This document shows, one piece after another, positions 9,291-20,081 of a DNA stretch of 64,000 bases. Source of the DNA: an uncultured Ignavibacteria bacterium. Lineage in GTDB: Bacteria > Zixibacteria > MSB-5A5 > JAABVY01. A model generated the notes under the pieces. It saw nothing but the letters and a program-made list of their open reading frames with translations, ran no database searches and was not told the DNA's origin. Position numbers and translations under genes: made by a program. Each line of letters begins with the position of its first letter. Within the stretch, counting starts at the first letter, position 1. The stretch spans positions 98,457 to 162,456 of the forward strand of contig CAZVLB010000007.1 in the NCBI GenBank assembly GCA_964627935.1, written 5' to 3'.

Positions 9291-10883
9291 TTGCCAAAGA
9301 TGTCCATCAAACCTTTTTTGAACGGTATGCATAAACCGATCCTAATCATAATATTTGCACTGGCACTTGCCTCGCTCACATCTTCACCGGCCAATGCCAA
9401 TACCATAATGACCTCATTGTCTTCACCCGCTTATTACAGCATGGAACCGACTGATAGATGGACTCATAACAGCTTCAACCTGCTTTTGCTCTATTCGCTA
9501 CCGCAAGGCTTTGTAAATGAAAGACCTTATTGTCACGAACAGTTCTATGATCAGATTCAGCACTACTTTGAGACATTGAAAGAAAAGAAGACTAATCCTG
9601 TAACCACATGGGAAGCCGAAAGACTGTATCGAGGCTTGCAGGAATTTCCCGAAATGTCTTCAGCCAGCACTGTATCGTCACTTTTCAGGTTTACACCTTA
9701 CAGCCTGAACAGCTTCGAGGATAAAGCTGAGCCGCTTTTCCGCTATGGCCTAAAGGGCGAGGTGATCTTTCATTTTGCATCCAATCTCTTTATGCAGGTC
9801 CGCGGTCGCCTGGAGAACAAAGGCCATCTGGACAGCTTCGCCAAAGTGCGCCGCTGGGAAGACAAGTTAACCGGCTATTTCGATTATGCCCTGCTGGGCT
9901 TCAGGCATAGGCATTTCGATTTCACAATCGGACGAACATTCAGGGCCTACGGTCCACATGACAATGACCGTCTGCTGATTTCCACAAATTCTCCGGCATT
10001 TGACCAGATTTCAATGAGTTATTCCAATTCATGGCTCTCTTTCAGCTATTGGACAACCCGCCTGAACAGTTTCCATGACGCCGATTCAAACAAGATCAAT
10101 CGCTATCTTGCCGCGCACAGGCTGGCGATAAAGCCGCACAAACGCCTGGAGATCGGGATGACCGAAACGGTCCTATATGGCCGCGAGGGATCGGGATGGG
10201 AGCTTTATTATCTCAATCCGCTTCTGCCCTTTTACTGGGAGCAGTATAACAACCGAATTGATGACAATATATACTGGCAGATGGACTTCTCATGGTTTGC
10301 GATGGATGGCTTGAAGCTTTATGGCGAGCTTCTGATCGATGATTTCCAGATCGACTTTGTAACCGAACCTCATCAACTGGGCTTTAATCTCGGGTTTTCC
10401 GAGCTGGGTCTTTTATTATCTGACTATTTGCAGATCGAGGCTGATTATACCCAGATTCGCAATACAGTTTACGGCCAGAACAAGTTCTGGAATGTCTTTG
10501 CTAATGAGGGGGTGGTAATCGGATCATCACTGGGTACCGATGCTGACCGTCTGCGCTACCGTATCACCTGGCATCATTCGCCCCTCTTGCGCTTTGCTGT
10601 TGGAGGTAGTTTCGACCGCAAGGGTGAGGGAAGATATGACAATCGCGATGCTTACCCCGCGCCCCAGGATCAGCCCTTCCCATCCGGCACAGTGCAGGAA
10701 AGATGGGACAATTATTTCCAGGTTCATCTATTCAATAACCACCAGTTTGAGCTGCTGGCCAGGGGAGGTTACAGGCATATCGACAACCTGAACAACATGG
10801 ATTCGGATTTCCATACTTACTATTTAACCCTTAATATATTTTATTATCTTGATATTCCATTGGCCATCCCACTTTCATTATAA
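9291..10883 (+). CDS. Secreted hypothetical protein, probably an outer-membrane beta-barrel. The family is uncertain; Wzi-like or alginate-export-like porins are hypotheses only.
   Basis: It has a signal peptide (ILIIIFALALASLTSSPANA). It is rich in aromatic/Gly alternating segments, e.g. YYLNPLLPFYWEQYNNRIDDNIYWQMDFSWFAMDGLKLYGELLIDDFQIDF. Its start lies 2 nt after the symporter stop, indicating translational coupling. Confidence 0.5.
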   Translation: MPKMSIKPFLNGMHKPILIIIFALALASLTSSPANANTIMTSLSSPAYYSMEPTDRWTHNSFNLLLLYSLPQGFVNERPYCHEQFYDQIQHYFETLKEKKTNPVTTWEAERLYRGLQEFPEMSSASTVSSLFRFTPYSLNSFEDKAEPLFRYGLKGEVIFHFASNLFMQVRGRLENKGHLDSFAKVRRWEDKLTGYFDYALLGFRHRHFDFTIGRTFRAYGPHDNDRLLISTNSPAFDQISMSYSNSWLSFSYWTTRLNSFHDADSNKINRYLAAHRLAIKPHKRLEIGMTETVLYGREGSGWELYYLNPLLPFYWEQYNNRIDDNIYWQMDFSWFAMDGLKLYGELLIDDFQIDFVTEPHQLGFNLGFSELGLLLSDYLQIEADYTQIRNTVYGQNKFWNVFANEGVVIGSSLGTDADRLRYRITWHHSPLLRFAVGGSFDRKGEGRYDNRDAYPAPQDQPFPSGTVQERWDNYFQVHLFNNHQFELLARGGYRHIDNLNNMDSDFHTYYLTLNIFYYLDIPLAIPLSL

Positions 10884-11236
10884 CTTGCCGTGAATCATCA
10901 TAGTATAACGGTGCCATTTTTTTGAGTCCTTAAAATTGGGCATTTTTAATACCTACATAATTGCGCAGTTGGATGCGTAATTTTCCTTGACAATAATACT
11001 GCTCGAATATAGATTAATGATAGAGCCATTATATCCTTTTTTCGATGTTATAAATTGAGACTATCCGAACCTCTGCCATAAAGGAGTTTTTGACTTAGAG
11101 AATTTTACTTGGGATAGAAAGTCATCCGTTGTGTTGACGGCAAATCATTAGAGAGAAGCAACGGTATGGGGGCTTTAAAAATAAGGTTTGCCCTGTCAAT
11201 TCCGGAGCATTTTGAAAATCGCTTCCTGGAGGCAAG

Positions 11237-11533
11237 ATGGAAATTACAGAGGTGAGGGTAACCTTACGCAACGAGGAGAAACTCAAAGCTTTCGCCAATG
11301 TCACTTTTGACAGCGCTTTTGTTGTGCGCGGTTTGAAGGTGATCAAGGGCTCGGGTGGTTTTTTTGTGTCAATGCCTTCCCGCAAGAGGCCCGATGGTTC
11401 TCATCAGGACATCGCTCATCCAATCAACACCGAAATGCGTACGTATATCGAAGAGGCGATTTTGGATGAGTATCATAAGGTGGTTGACAAATCGGAAGAT
11501 CAACCCGTTATTTCCGGCACAGATACACCGTAG
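11237..11533 (+). CDS. spoVG: SpoVG family septation/RNA-binding regulator.
   Basis: MEITEVRVTLRNEEKLKAFANVTFDSAFVVRGLKVIKGSGGFFVSMPSRKRPDGSHQDIAHPINTEMRTYIEEAILDEYHKV aligns along its length with canonical SpoVG (MEVTDVRLRR...IAHPIN...EYH). The RBS is GGAGGCAAGATG. Confidence 0.9.
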   Translation: MEITEVRVTLRNEEKLKAFANVTFDSAFVVRGLKVIKGSGGFFVSMPSRKRPDGSHQDIAHPINTEMRTYIEEAILDEYHKVVDKSEDQPVISGTDTP

Positions 11534-11543
11534 AATTTGCAAC

Positions 11544-11614
11544 TGGGGTGTCGTCAAGGGGTAAGACACGAGCCTTTGGAGCTCGCATCGCAGGTTCGAA
11601 TCCTGCCACCCCAG
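11544..11614 (+). tRNA. tRNA-Gln (anticodon TTG).
   Basis: A manual cloverleaf fits: acceptor TGGGGTG/CACCCCA, D-arm GTC-AAGGGGTAA-GAC, anticodon stem CGAGC/GCTCG with loop CTTTGGA (anticodon UUG), T-arm GCAGG-TTCGAAT-CCTGC, discriminator G. It closely parallels E. coli tRNA-Gln. Confidence 0.8.
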
Positions 11615-11694
11615 CATTGTATTTCGGACAAATTCTGAGTTAAGAAAACAGGACAATTCTATCAGGCTATTGATTTAGAAGGTAAAGCTTAAGA

Positions 11695-11727
11695 ATAAAA
11701 AAGCCCTGATCAATCGGGGCTTTTTTA
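11695..11727. terminator. Bidirectional rho-independent terminator between tRNA-Gln (+) and the PilZ gene (-).
   Basis: The sequence aaaaaagccctga-tcaa-tcggggcttttttat has an 8-bp stem flanked by an A-tract and a T-tract, so it would function on either strand. Confidence 0.7.
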
Positions 11728-11735
11728 TAAACTTA

Positions 11736-12107
11736 TCAGACTAATTCCAGGGCCGGCTGCCTGGCATTGTAGGTTGGCCAGTTGCGCAGAAGCAATGTGA
11801 GCACGTTTTTGTCAACAGCGGAGGTCTTCACTATCTGGAATCCCGCCTCAAACATCTCCGAAATCGGATTCTTGCGAATCCAGCGGCTGCGCATGTCAAA
11901 TTCCACCTCGTTGCGGTCCAAAATGCTTTCCGGCAATGTGATCCGGCATTTTAGGAGATCATGCGAATTGAAAGGCTCATCGGAGGCAAGCATCAAGCCC
12001 TCTACAGCCATGTTCACGATTCTGCCGATATAACGATCATTTTCCCGGTCGAAAACCAGGTAAAAATTGGTCGGCAGCTTTCTCTCGTGCCTGCGTCGTT
12101 CAACCAT
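11736..12107 (-). CDS. PilZ-domain (c-di-GMP-binding) protein.
   Basis: The RRRHER (RxxxR) motif and NMAVEG ((D/N)x(S/A)xxG) motif sit at PilZ spacing. I place the start at ATG 12107 (MVERRR), preceded by AAGGAG 7 nt upstream, rather than the ORF-track start at 12179. Confidence 0.6.
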   Translation of the reverse strand: MVERRRHERKLPTNFYLVFDRENDRYIGRIVNMAVEGLMLASDEPFNSHDLLKCRITLPESILDRNEVEFDMRSRWIRKNPISEMFEAGFQIVKTSAVDKNVLTLLLRNWPTYNARQPALELV

Positions 12108-12380
12108 TTTAAAGCTCCTTAGATTAACAGCTCTCTTTTGCGGGGCTAATATAATTATCGTCGAATTTTTCATCGACATTAGGGGCTCGGCCCATTTAAG
12201 TGCATATTATTGCTGAATTTAGCAAATTTAGCTTGATTTCTGTTCGAAATTGGTTAATTTCAACCTTTTTTCCGCTGATCATGGAACAAAATCCGATCAG
12301 ACGAATTAAAACAACTTTAACTTCTTCATTAGGGATAAATACCTGATAAAGTTTTAGATCAAGATTGTGGAGTTAAATAT

Positions 12381-14462
12381 ATGACCAATGTTAATATTCA
12401 AAAGATTCGCAATGTCGGAATTGTGGCGCATATCGATGCCGGAAAGACTACGACTACGGAACGGATTCTGTATTTCACCGGACGGACACATAAAATCGGC
12501 GAGGTTCATGACGGCCAGGCCGTGATGGATTTCATGAAGCAGGAACAGGAACGCGGGATCACCATATCCTCCGCGGCAATCACCTGCAACTGGGAAGATC
12601 ATCATATCAATATTATAGATACTCCCGGGCATATCGATTTCACCCTGGAGGTGGAACGAAGCCTGCGTATCCTGGATGGTATCGCCATGGTGTTCTGCGC
12701 TGTGGGCGGTGTCGAACCACAGTCAGAGACTGTCTGGCATCAGGCCGACCGCTACAAAGTGCCCCGGATAGCTTTCGTAAACAAGATGGATCGACAGGGA
12801 GCCGACCTGTTTCAAACTGTCGAGATGATGGATGAGATGCTTTCGGCCAACCCGGTGCTGTTTCATCTGCCAATCGGCGAGGGAGCCGATTTCCGCGGTG
12901 TTATCGACCTGGTAAACATGAAGGCGGTCACATTCAGGGACTTCAAGCGCACGATCGAGGATATCCCCGAGAATATGCGCGAGGAAGCCGAGAAATGGCA
13001 CAGGATCCTGATCGAGAAGCTGGCCGATTTCGATGACAACCTGATGGAGAAATATCTGGATGAGAAATTTATCACACCCGCCGATATTCGCAAAGCCGCC
13101 CGTCACGCAGTAACGCATTTGTGCGTAACCCCCGTGTTCTGCGGCTCAGCCTTCAGAAATGTCGGTGTCAGGCTGCTTCTTGATGCGATAGTGGACTATC
13201 TGCCATCGCCGGCAGATCGCGGTATCGTAACAGGGCATGCTCCCGATAAGCCCGAGGTTGCGGTTTCGCGCCGTCCGGGCACAGATCAGCCATTTTCGGC
13301 CCTGGCTTTTAAGATCATCAACGACAGTTTTGTCGGACAGCAGACATTTATCCGTGTCTATTCCGGCGAGCTGAAATCGGGAAGCTATATCTATAATGCC
13401 AGCAAGCAGAAACGTGAGCGTATCGGACGAATCATGCGTATCTCGGCCAGTAAACGTGAGGATATCGACAGCTTGCGTGCAGGAGATATCGGAGCATTGA
13501 TCGGCCTGAAATATACGACAACCGGCGATACTCTCTGTGATGAAGATAATCAGCTGTTCCTGGAAAATATACATTACCCGGAAACCGTGCTTGATCTGAA
13601 TATCAAGCCTGGCAATATAAAGGATCGCGACAGGCTCTCATTGGCCCTGAACCGTATGGGCCTCGAGGATCCCTCATTTAAGACTCGTTTTGACGATGAA
13701 ACCGAGGAAACGGTCATATCCGGTATGGGCGAACTTCATCTGGATATTATCGTGGACCGTCTCAAGACCGAGCATAAGCTGGATGTCAATGTCGGCGAAC
13801 CATCGGTGGCATTCCGTGAGACGATTACGCGTGAGGTTAATCATAATTATAAGCTTAAAAAGCAGACCGGCGGCAAGGGCCAGTATGCCCATATCGTATT
13901 CAGGCTGGAACCGAATACCGGCAATGGTATCGAGTTCGATGATCATGTCAAGGGCGGAAACATCCCCCGGGAATACATTCCGGCTATCGAACGAGGATTC
14001 CGCGACACCATGGCCCGCGGCCTTCTGGCCGAATATCCCATGGTCGATGTCAAGTTCGTGCTGATCGATGGCAGTTATCATGAAGTCGATTCGAGCGAGA
14101 TGGCTTTCCGCACTTGCACCCAGCAGGCCTTAAAAGAGGTCTTCACAAAAGCCGGCCCTCAGCTTCTGGAGCCGATGATGAAGATCGAAATCCGAACCCC
14201 GGATGAATATATGGGCGACATTATCGGTGATATCAACCGCAGGCGCGGCAAGGTCTCAAATATGAGACGTTATCGCAAGGGCTCGCAGAAAATCAACGGA
14301 TTCCTGCCCCTGATGGAATCATTCGGATATGCATCCACGCTGCGGACATTATCGAGTGGAAGAGCCAACTATTCCATGGAATTCAACCATTACAAGCCTC
14401 TTCCCAATGAACTGGAAGAAAAAGTAATAGAAAAGCGACGTGAGCAGAAGAAGGCCAGCTAA
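12381..14462 (+). CDS. fusA: Elongation factor G (EF-G family translational GTPase).
   Basis: The G1 motif [23 protein letters not shown] and NKMD motifs are present. The full EF-G domain order is encoded in 693 aa. The gene is not flanked by rpsL/rpsG/tuf. Confidence 0.9.
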   Translation: MTNVNIQKIRNVGIVAHIDAGKTTTTERILYFTGRTHKIGEVHDGQAVMDFMKQEQERGITISSAAITCNWEDHHINIIDTPGHIDFTLEVERSLRILDGIAMVFCAVGGVEPQSETVWHQADRYKVPRIAFVNKMDRQGADLFQTVEMMDEMLSANPVLFHLPIGEGADFRGVIDLVNMKAVTFRDFKRTIEDIPENMREEAEKWHRILIEKLADFDDNLMEKYLDEKFITPADIRKAARHAVTHLCVTPVFCGSAFRNVGVRLLLDAIVDYLPSPADRGIVTGHAPDKPEVAVSRRPGTDQPFSALAFKIINDSFVGQQTFIRVYSGELKSGSYIYNASKQKRERIGRIMRISASKREDIDSLRAGDIGALIGLKYTTTGDTLCDEDNQLFLENIHYPETVLDLNIKPGNIKDRDRLSLALNRMGLEDPSFKTRFDDETEETVISGMGELHLDIIVDRLKTEHKLDVNVGEPSVAFRETITREVNHNYKLKKQTGGKGQYAHIVFRLEPNTGNGIEFDDHVKGGNIPREYIPAIERGFRDTMARGLLAEYPMVDVKFVLIDGSYHEVDSSEMAFRTCTQQALKEVFTKAGPQLLEPMMKIEIRTPDEYMGDIIGDINRRRGKVSNMRRYRKGSQKINGFLPLMESFGYASTLRTLSSGRANYSMEFNHYKPLPNELEEKVIEKRREQKKAS

Positions 14463-14597
14463 GGCCCTTTTCCGCATTTAATTCTCCATTTGATCCCGTG
14501 TGGCAATTTAGATTATTGTCGCAGGGGATTTTTTTTCGTATTATTACGGGTGGCGGAAACAAATTTATTCATCATCAGGCAAAACAGGAATAATATC

Positions 14598-16742
14598 ATG
14601 AAGAGGTCATTCTTTATATATGTGCTGGCAGTGTTGGCAGTGCTGCTGTTCAGTTGTTCATCAGAGCAGAAATTTACCGATGAATATGATTATCCTCATG
14701 CCCCGAGGCAGGAAATCTATGATGAATATCACGGTGTAAGTGTCGCCGATCCCTACCGCTGGCTGGAATACCCGGACGATGCCGAGACAATGGAATGGGT
14801 CAGGGCTGAAAATGCACTGACACGTTCATTCCTGGATGTTCCCATGCGTGACGAAATCAAGGCGGAGTTCACCGAGCTCTGGAACTATGAACGCTATAGC
14901 GCGCCATCTCATTATGGCGGTCGATTTTTCTACTGGAAAAATGACGGCCTGCAGAATCAGGATGTGCTCTATATGCGGCGCTCGCTGGATGGCCAGCCGG
15001 AGGTGATTTTAAATCCCAACAAGATGAGCGCGGATGGCACAGTTTCCGTCTCGGAGAAGGCCTACTCGCATGACGGTAAATTCCTGGTTTATGCCATTTC
15101 CGAAAAAGGCTCAGACTGGGAGAAGCTGAAAATCCGGGATATAGATAAGAAAGAGGATTTCGAGGAGACCCTGCATTACAGCAAATTCAGCGATATCGGA
15201 TGGCTTTACAACAACTCGGGCTTCTTCTACAATCGTTACCCGGATACGAACCTGGTGGCCTACGAGGATCGTCACCTCAACAATAAGATCTACCTGCATA
15301 AATTGGGCACAGATCAATCGAAAGACGAACTGATCTTTGAAATGCCCGATGAACCCAATCTCGGCCTCAGCCCAAAGGTCACCGAAGATGGCAAATATCT
15401 GATTATTAACATCTGGAAGGGCACCGACCCGGAGAACCGAATTTACTACAGAGAAATCGGCCGAGACGGTGAGTTTGTCCGTCTTCTGGATCAAGCCGAG
15501 GCAGAATATGTTTTCCTTGGCAATAGAGATGACCATTTTTATTTCAAGACTCATCTGAATGCACCCAACAGCAGGATTATTGCTATCGATTTGAGGAATC
15601 CGGAAAGGGAAAACTGGATTGAGGTTGTACCTGAAGATAGTGATGTATTGGCATGTGCTTATCTGGCCGATGAAAGGATAATTGCCACATATCTGCACCA
15701 TGCCTATTCAATAATGAAGATTTACAGCATGGAAGGCGAATATATCAGGGATATTTCTCTGCCCACCATCGGCTCTGTGCACGATATCAAGGCGAAGCAG
15801 GATCAGTCCAATGTCTTCTTCAAGTTTTCGTCATTTCTATATCCCGCAATGGTATTTCGCTATAATCCGGAAGAGAACGAGCTGACCGAATTTGCCGCGG
15901 CCGGTATTGAAATCAATGCCGATGAATACGAGACATACCAGAAATTCGCGACTTCCAAAGATGGTACCAGGGTTCCGATATTCATAACCCATCGCAAAGG
16001 CCTGGAATTAAGCGGCAAGAATCCAACCCTGCTATACGGTTACGGTGGTTTCAATGTCAACCGGACCCCCGGCTTTTCCACCAGTAAATTCTTCTGGATC
16101 AAAAACGGCGGTGTTTATGTCAGTTCGGTTTTGCGCGGCGGCACAGAATACGGCGAGGAATGGCATCGTCAGGGCATACTCGAGAACAAACAGAATGTTT
16201 TCGATGATTTCATTGCCGCGGCCGAATGGCTGATCGACAGCGGATACACCGATACCGACAATCTTGTAATCGAGGGCGGCTCCAACGGTGGCCTGCTGGT
16301 GGCCGCATGCATGATTCAGCGTCCCGATCTTTATGGTGCTGTGCTGTGCAAAGTGCCGGTGATCGATATGCTGCGTTATCACAAGTTCACGGTCGGCATG
16401 TACTGGACCGGAGAGTACGGCAATGCCGAACTGTACAGGGAACATTTTGATTTTCTCATGGCCTACTCGCCCTTGCACAATATTAAAGAAGGCGAGACAT
16501 ATCCTGCGACTTTAATTACAACCGCCGATACCGATGACCGCGTGGTGCCGATGCATGGCAAGAAATTCGCCGCGGCATTGCAGTACGCCGATTCCGGCAA
16601 AAATCCGATTCTATTGAGAGTGGAAACCAAAGCGGGCCATGGCGCGGGTAAACCGACCACCAAACTGATCGACTATTACACGGATATTTATACCTTCCTG
16701 TTCAAGGTATTGGAGATGGATCCCTATTCTGATGGAGATTGA
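14598..16742 (+). CDS. Prolyl oligopeptidase (S9A family serine peptidase), lipoprotein-type signal.
   Basis: The N-terminal beta-propeller signature is DPYRWLEYPDDAETMEWVRAENALT. The catalytic GGSNGGLL nucleophile elbow is present, and the C-terminal Asp/His region is (DDRVVPMHGKKF...GHGAGKP). I place the start at ATG 14598 (MKRSFFIYVLAVLAVLLFSCSS), not the ORF-track start at 14490. Confidence 0.85.
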   Translation: MKRSFFIYVLAVLAVLLFSCSSEQKFTDEYDYPHAPRQEIYDEYHGVSVADPYRWLEYPDDAETMEWVRAENALTRSFLDVPMRDEIKAEFTELWNYERYSAPSHYGGRFFYWKNDGLQNQDVLYMRRSLDGQPEVILNPNKMSADGTVSVSEKAYSHDGKFLVYAISEKGSDWEKLKIRDIDKKEDFEETLHYSKFSDIGWLYNNSGFFYNRYPDTNLVAYEDRHLNNKIYLHKLGTDQSKDELIFEMPDEPNLGLSPKVTEDGKYLIINIWKGTDPENRIYYREIGRDGEFVRLLDQAEAEYVFLGNRDDHFYFKTHLNAPNSRIIAIDLRNPERENWIEVVPEDSDVLACAYLADERIIATYLHHAYSIMKIYSMEGEYIRDISLPTIGSVHDIKAKQDQSNVFFKFSSFLYPAMVFRYNPEENELTEFAAAGIEINADEYETYQKFATSKDGTRVPIFITHRKGLELSGKNPTLLYGYGGFNVNRTPGFSTSKFFWIKNGGVYVSSVLRGGTEYGEEWHRQGILENKQNVFDDFIAAAEWLIDSGYTDTDNLVIEGGSNGGLLVAACMIQRPDLYGAVLCKVPVIDMLRYHKFTVGMYWTGEYGNAELYREHFDFLMAYSPLHNIKEGETYPATLITTADTDDRVVPMHGKKFAAALQYADSGKNPILLRVETKAGHGAGKPTTKLIDYYTDIYTFLFKVLEMDPYSDGD

Positions 16743-16757
16743 AGCGAACAGGCAGGA

Positions 16758-17861
16758 TTAAGCTTTTATGGACTTTTTGCGTCTGACCTTGCTTATAATC
16801 CTGTTCACGGACTTGATTTCGTTGGATAGATTTTCGCGCAGATCATTGTAGGCTTCGCGATCCGGGCCCTGTCCGGCCAGCTGGATAAAGTGCGCGGCCA
16901 CAACTCCAATATAGCTGATCATCAATGCCGCGAAACCCATCAGGATAATAGTCGAAAGCCTGCGCGGGCCGGATTTCGTAGCGGGTAATGAGGGCTGATC
17001 GAGGACCCGAACAACCGGGATATCTTTCTGCGCATTTAATTTTGCGATTTCATATTCCTGCATGAGTGTCAGGTAGGTGGCCGATTTGATCTCGATATCG
17101 CGCTTATAACGAGCCATCATCTTGAGGATCTCGGGATTGGTAGTCGAGGCCCATCCGCGATTGGCATTCTGGAATTTTTCAAGCCGATCCTCGGACGCAC
17201 GTAAATCTTTCTCGACATCGATCAGCTGTCTCTCAAGGTATCGTGCCGCCTGGCTGGCCTGTGATGTGCGCTTATGCACATTAAATTCTTCCAGCTCTTC
17301 CAGATATGCTTCCAGAACAGCCTTCGAAAACCCGGGATACTTTGTCTCCACACCCATTGAAATTACGCCTGTTTTCTTGTCGTAATTGACGGAGGTGATT
17401 TCATGGAGCTTAGCAAGCTGACGATCGGGGACACCGGTATCGAAATATTCTGCCAGTGTCAAAGTTTTATTCTGGTGGCCATGTTCAAATGAATACTCGC
17501 GGGCAAGGATCTCGTGACCAACATGCCGCGATGAAAGAATTACCGGGTAAAGCTCGGATGAATTTTCATCGACATTGCTCAATCCCCCCATCTGCGCCAG
17601 ATCTTTCAGGGCGGACAGCTTATCCGGCTGGCCCGAGGGCAGAATCCGTGCGGTCGCAGCGTATTGATTGGGCGTCAGGAACATCACCACGGCCGTGATA
17701 ATCATCACAGCCAGGGCAGCACCAAAGATAATCCGCTTACTCTTTAGCAGAAGCCCGGCCAATTCGAATATATTGACCCGGAATTTTGCGCCGCCCTCGC
17801 ATGAAGAATCGCTATTCACCCCTGAGGTCGAATCCTTCCTGAAATTTATCTTACCCTGCAT
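16758..17861 (-). CDS. Polysaccharide co-polymerase / chain-length determinant (Wzz-like PCP, no kinase domain).
   Basis: An N-terminal TM helix is followed by the Wzz-type motif (MFLTPNQYAATARILPSG). A periplasmic coiled-coil region and a C-terminal TM helix (IILMGFAALMISYIGVVAAHF) follow. Confidence 0.7.
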   Translation of the reverse strand: MQGKINFRKDSTSGVNSDSSCEGGAKFRVNIFELAGLLLKSKRIIFGAALAVMIITAVVMFLTPNQYAATARILPSGQPDKLSALKDLAQMGGLSNVDENSSELYPVILSSRHVGHEILAREYSFEHGHQNKTLTLAEYFDTGVPDRQLAKLHEITSVNYDKKTGVISMGVETKYPGFSKAVLEAYLEELEEFNVHKRTSQASQAARYLERQLIDVEKDLRASEDRLEKFQNANRGWASTTNPEILKMMARYKRDIEIKSATYLTLMQEYEIAKLNAQKDIPVVRVLDQPSLPATKSGPRRLSTIILMGFAALMISYIGVVAAHFIQLAGQGPDREAYNDLRENLSNEIKSVNRIISKVRRKKSIKA

Positions 17862-18252
17862 GCAGTTTTCCTGTACCTTTCCACAGGCATATAATACAAA
17901 TATTCTGCCAAACTGAATGGAATTCGCAATACTCTCGAAAGCCGCATAATATCATGGCTTTATAAGGACAGATCGATTGACTGGATCAGAAAAGTCAGCA
18001 TATTCTCGGAAAAGATTACATTTTGAGCAGGAAAAATCTTCCAGATAAATATCCCTCAAACAGGAGCTGTATTAAATTTCGTTTTTCATGCAAAAAAGGG
18101 CTGTTTTAATGCTAAGCAAACTGTGATGAATGTCGAAACTGATAATGAAAGCAAGTCTGTAATGGGGTATATTCAAAGCGATTGAAACAAAGCCAAAAAC
18201 AAATTAAAATAGGAATTGGATCGACCCACGATCGTTTCATCGAAAGGGATAT

Positions 18253-19281
18253 TTGATGAAAACTGCACGAAAAGCTCTTAATATAATATATGCCTTAATC
18301 GATATCCTGGGCATCAATGCGCTCTTTCGTTATCTCAACCGCGACAAGGCTGTGGTACTCTGGTATCATGGGGTCTGCGACGATGATTTCAAATTGCTTA
18401 AAGGCTACGACGAACGTCATGTGCCGGTTTCCAAATTCGAAAAGCAGCTGGAATACCTGAAACGTAAGGGCTATAAATTCCTGACCATGAGTGAATTCAT
18501 GGACAGGATTGAAAACGGCCATGATGTCGGCCGATGTGCGGTTTTGACTTTCGATGATGGCTTTAAAAATATTGTGCGCAATGCCTACCCATTGATGAAG
18601 AAATACGATGCGCGCGGATGTTTCTACCTTGTCTCCGACCTGATCGGCACCGAGAATCTCCTCTGGACCGACCTGGTGGAAACTGTGCTACGTGAAAATA
18701 ATGAGCGCGATTTTAAAATTGAAATCAAAGGCAGTCAACTCAGACTAAGCACCGGCAGCAAGTCTGCCCGAGAAAAATCAATGCTGACCCTGAAACGCAA
18801 ACTTCGAGCTATACCAAATGTCGAGCGCGAAGCGGAGATTCAGAAGCTCAGAGGTAGATTCAATGGCAACGCTCCGCATGAATTCAAATTCTCGAGCTGG
18901 GATGAGATAGCCTCCATAAACCGTTCGATTCTCGAAATCGGATCACATACACGCACACATCCGAACCTGCCGGCCCTGACAACAACAAGCGAGGTCACGC
19001 AAGAAATCGGCGGTTCAAAAAATGTAATCGAAGCCAAGTTAAAAGATAAAGTGGATCATTTCTGCTATCCCGCCGGAGCCTATGACAACCGTGCAGTTGC
19101 AGAGGTCAAACAGAGTGGATATAAATCAGCCGTGACGACATTGCCCGGCTTAAATAAAGGCGGTGTCGACAGATATTTGATCAAGCGTGTAGTGGTAACA
19201 GAAAGCATGGCCGCATTCAAGGCTTATGTCAGCGGCTTTTATCTTTTCCTGCGCAAACTGGCAAAATTTGGAAGGGGTTAA
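18253..19281 (+). CDS. Polysaccharide deacetylase (NodB/CE4 family).
   Basis: AVLTFDDGFKNIVRNAYPLMKKYDARGCFYL matches the NodB motif 1 (TFDDG) region. Confidence 0.8.
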   Translation: MMKTARKALNIIYALIDILGINALFRYLNRDKAVVLWYHGVCDDDFKLLKGYDERHVPVSKFEKQLEYLKRKGYKFLTMSEFMDRIENGHDVGRCAVLTFDDGFKNIVRNAYPLMKKYDARGCFYLVSDLIGTENLLWTDLVETVLRENNERDFKIEIKGSQLRLSTGSKSAREKSMLTLKRKLRAIPNVEREAEIQKLRGRFNGNAPHEFKFSSWDEIASINRSILEIGSHTRTHPNLPALTTTSEVTQEIGGSKNVIEAKLKDKVDHFCYPAGAYDNRAVAEVKQSGYKSAVTTLPGLNKGGVDRYLIKRVVVTESMAAFKAYVSGFYLFLRKLAKFGRG

Positions 19282-19283
19282 AA

Positions 19284-20081
19284 ATGAACCTGGTATTTTT
19301 AACATCGAAATCGACCCATCATTATTACCTGATAAATGAAATTCACAAAACCTATCCGGTCAGCAAAGTGTTCTTCCAGACTATCCATGAGGAAAGAACC
19401 AGCACAAAAACACGCCTGAAAAGGTTATTTACGCCAAAACAGACAAAGTTTATCATTCGCCGTCTGATTTCGCATATGCTCTTCTGGCGCGAAAAGGTAG
19501 CTCAGCCGGCATATGAAAAGAAAATGTTTTTTGGCCAGGAAAGCCCGCATCTTAATCCCGAGATACCATCCCAGACAGTTTATACATTCAATGATCCCCA
19601 GGTGGTTAAAAGTGTGCGGGCCGAGGAACCGGATTTAATCATTGTCTTTGGCACCGAAATCCTCAAGGGCGAAATCCTGGATATCGCAAAAAAACAGATC
19701 TTGAATATTCATCGGGATATCCTGCCCAAATACCGTGGTGGCGGTCTACCCTACTGGGTTTTCTACAAGGAAGACTTTGACAATCTGGGCGTGACCCTGC
19801 ATATCTGTGCCAAAAAACTGGATGCCGGTCATATAGTGGGGCAGAAGAGATACAGGCTCGAGCCGGATGACCGCATCTTCAAACTGCGCTACAAGACCAC
19901 CAGGCTTGCGGTAGATCTGCTGAAAGAGGTTATCGAGAAGTATAAAAGCGATTCGGTGGAATACACAAAACAGCCCAAAACCAAGCTCTGGACAGCCAAG
20001 CGGCTGACCATCGGCAAGGAAATCAGGGCCCGCAAGAATTTCGATCGCTACATTAAATCACTGCAGAAAAAAGAATCTTAA
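19284..20081 (+). CDS. Formyltransferase-family protein (sugar N-formyltransferase / Fmt-like N-terminal domain).
   Basis: ILNIHRDILPKYRGGGLPYWVFYKEDFDNLGVTLHICAKKLDAGHIVGQK matches the formyl_trans_N catalytic region (N...H...D). It is 2 nt from the deacetylase stop. Confidence 0.7.
   Translation: MNLVFLTSKSTHHYYLINEIHKTYPVSKVFFQTIHEERTSTKTRLKRLFTPKQTKFIIRRLISHMLFWREKVAQPAYEKKMFFGQESPHLNPEIPSQTVYTFNDPQVVKSVRAEEPDLIIVFGTEILKGEILDIAKKQILNIHRDILPKYRGGGLPYWVFYKEDFDNLGVTLHICAKKLDAGHIVGQKRYRLEPDDRIFKLRYKTTRLAVDLLKEVIEKYKSDSVEYTKQPKTKLWTAKRLTIGKEIRARKNFDRYIKSLQKKES

Noticed and set aside
14490-14597. N-terminal extension of the prolyl oligopeptidase ORF.
   Set aside because: The lipoprotein signal peptide begins at MKRSFF (14598) with an AGGA upstream. 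The extension overlaps the EF-G terminator region.
15111-15701. 196-aa antisense ORF within the prolyl oligopeptidase gene.
   Set aside because: Shadow ORF. The opposite strand carries the POP beta-propeller with a conserved signature.
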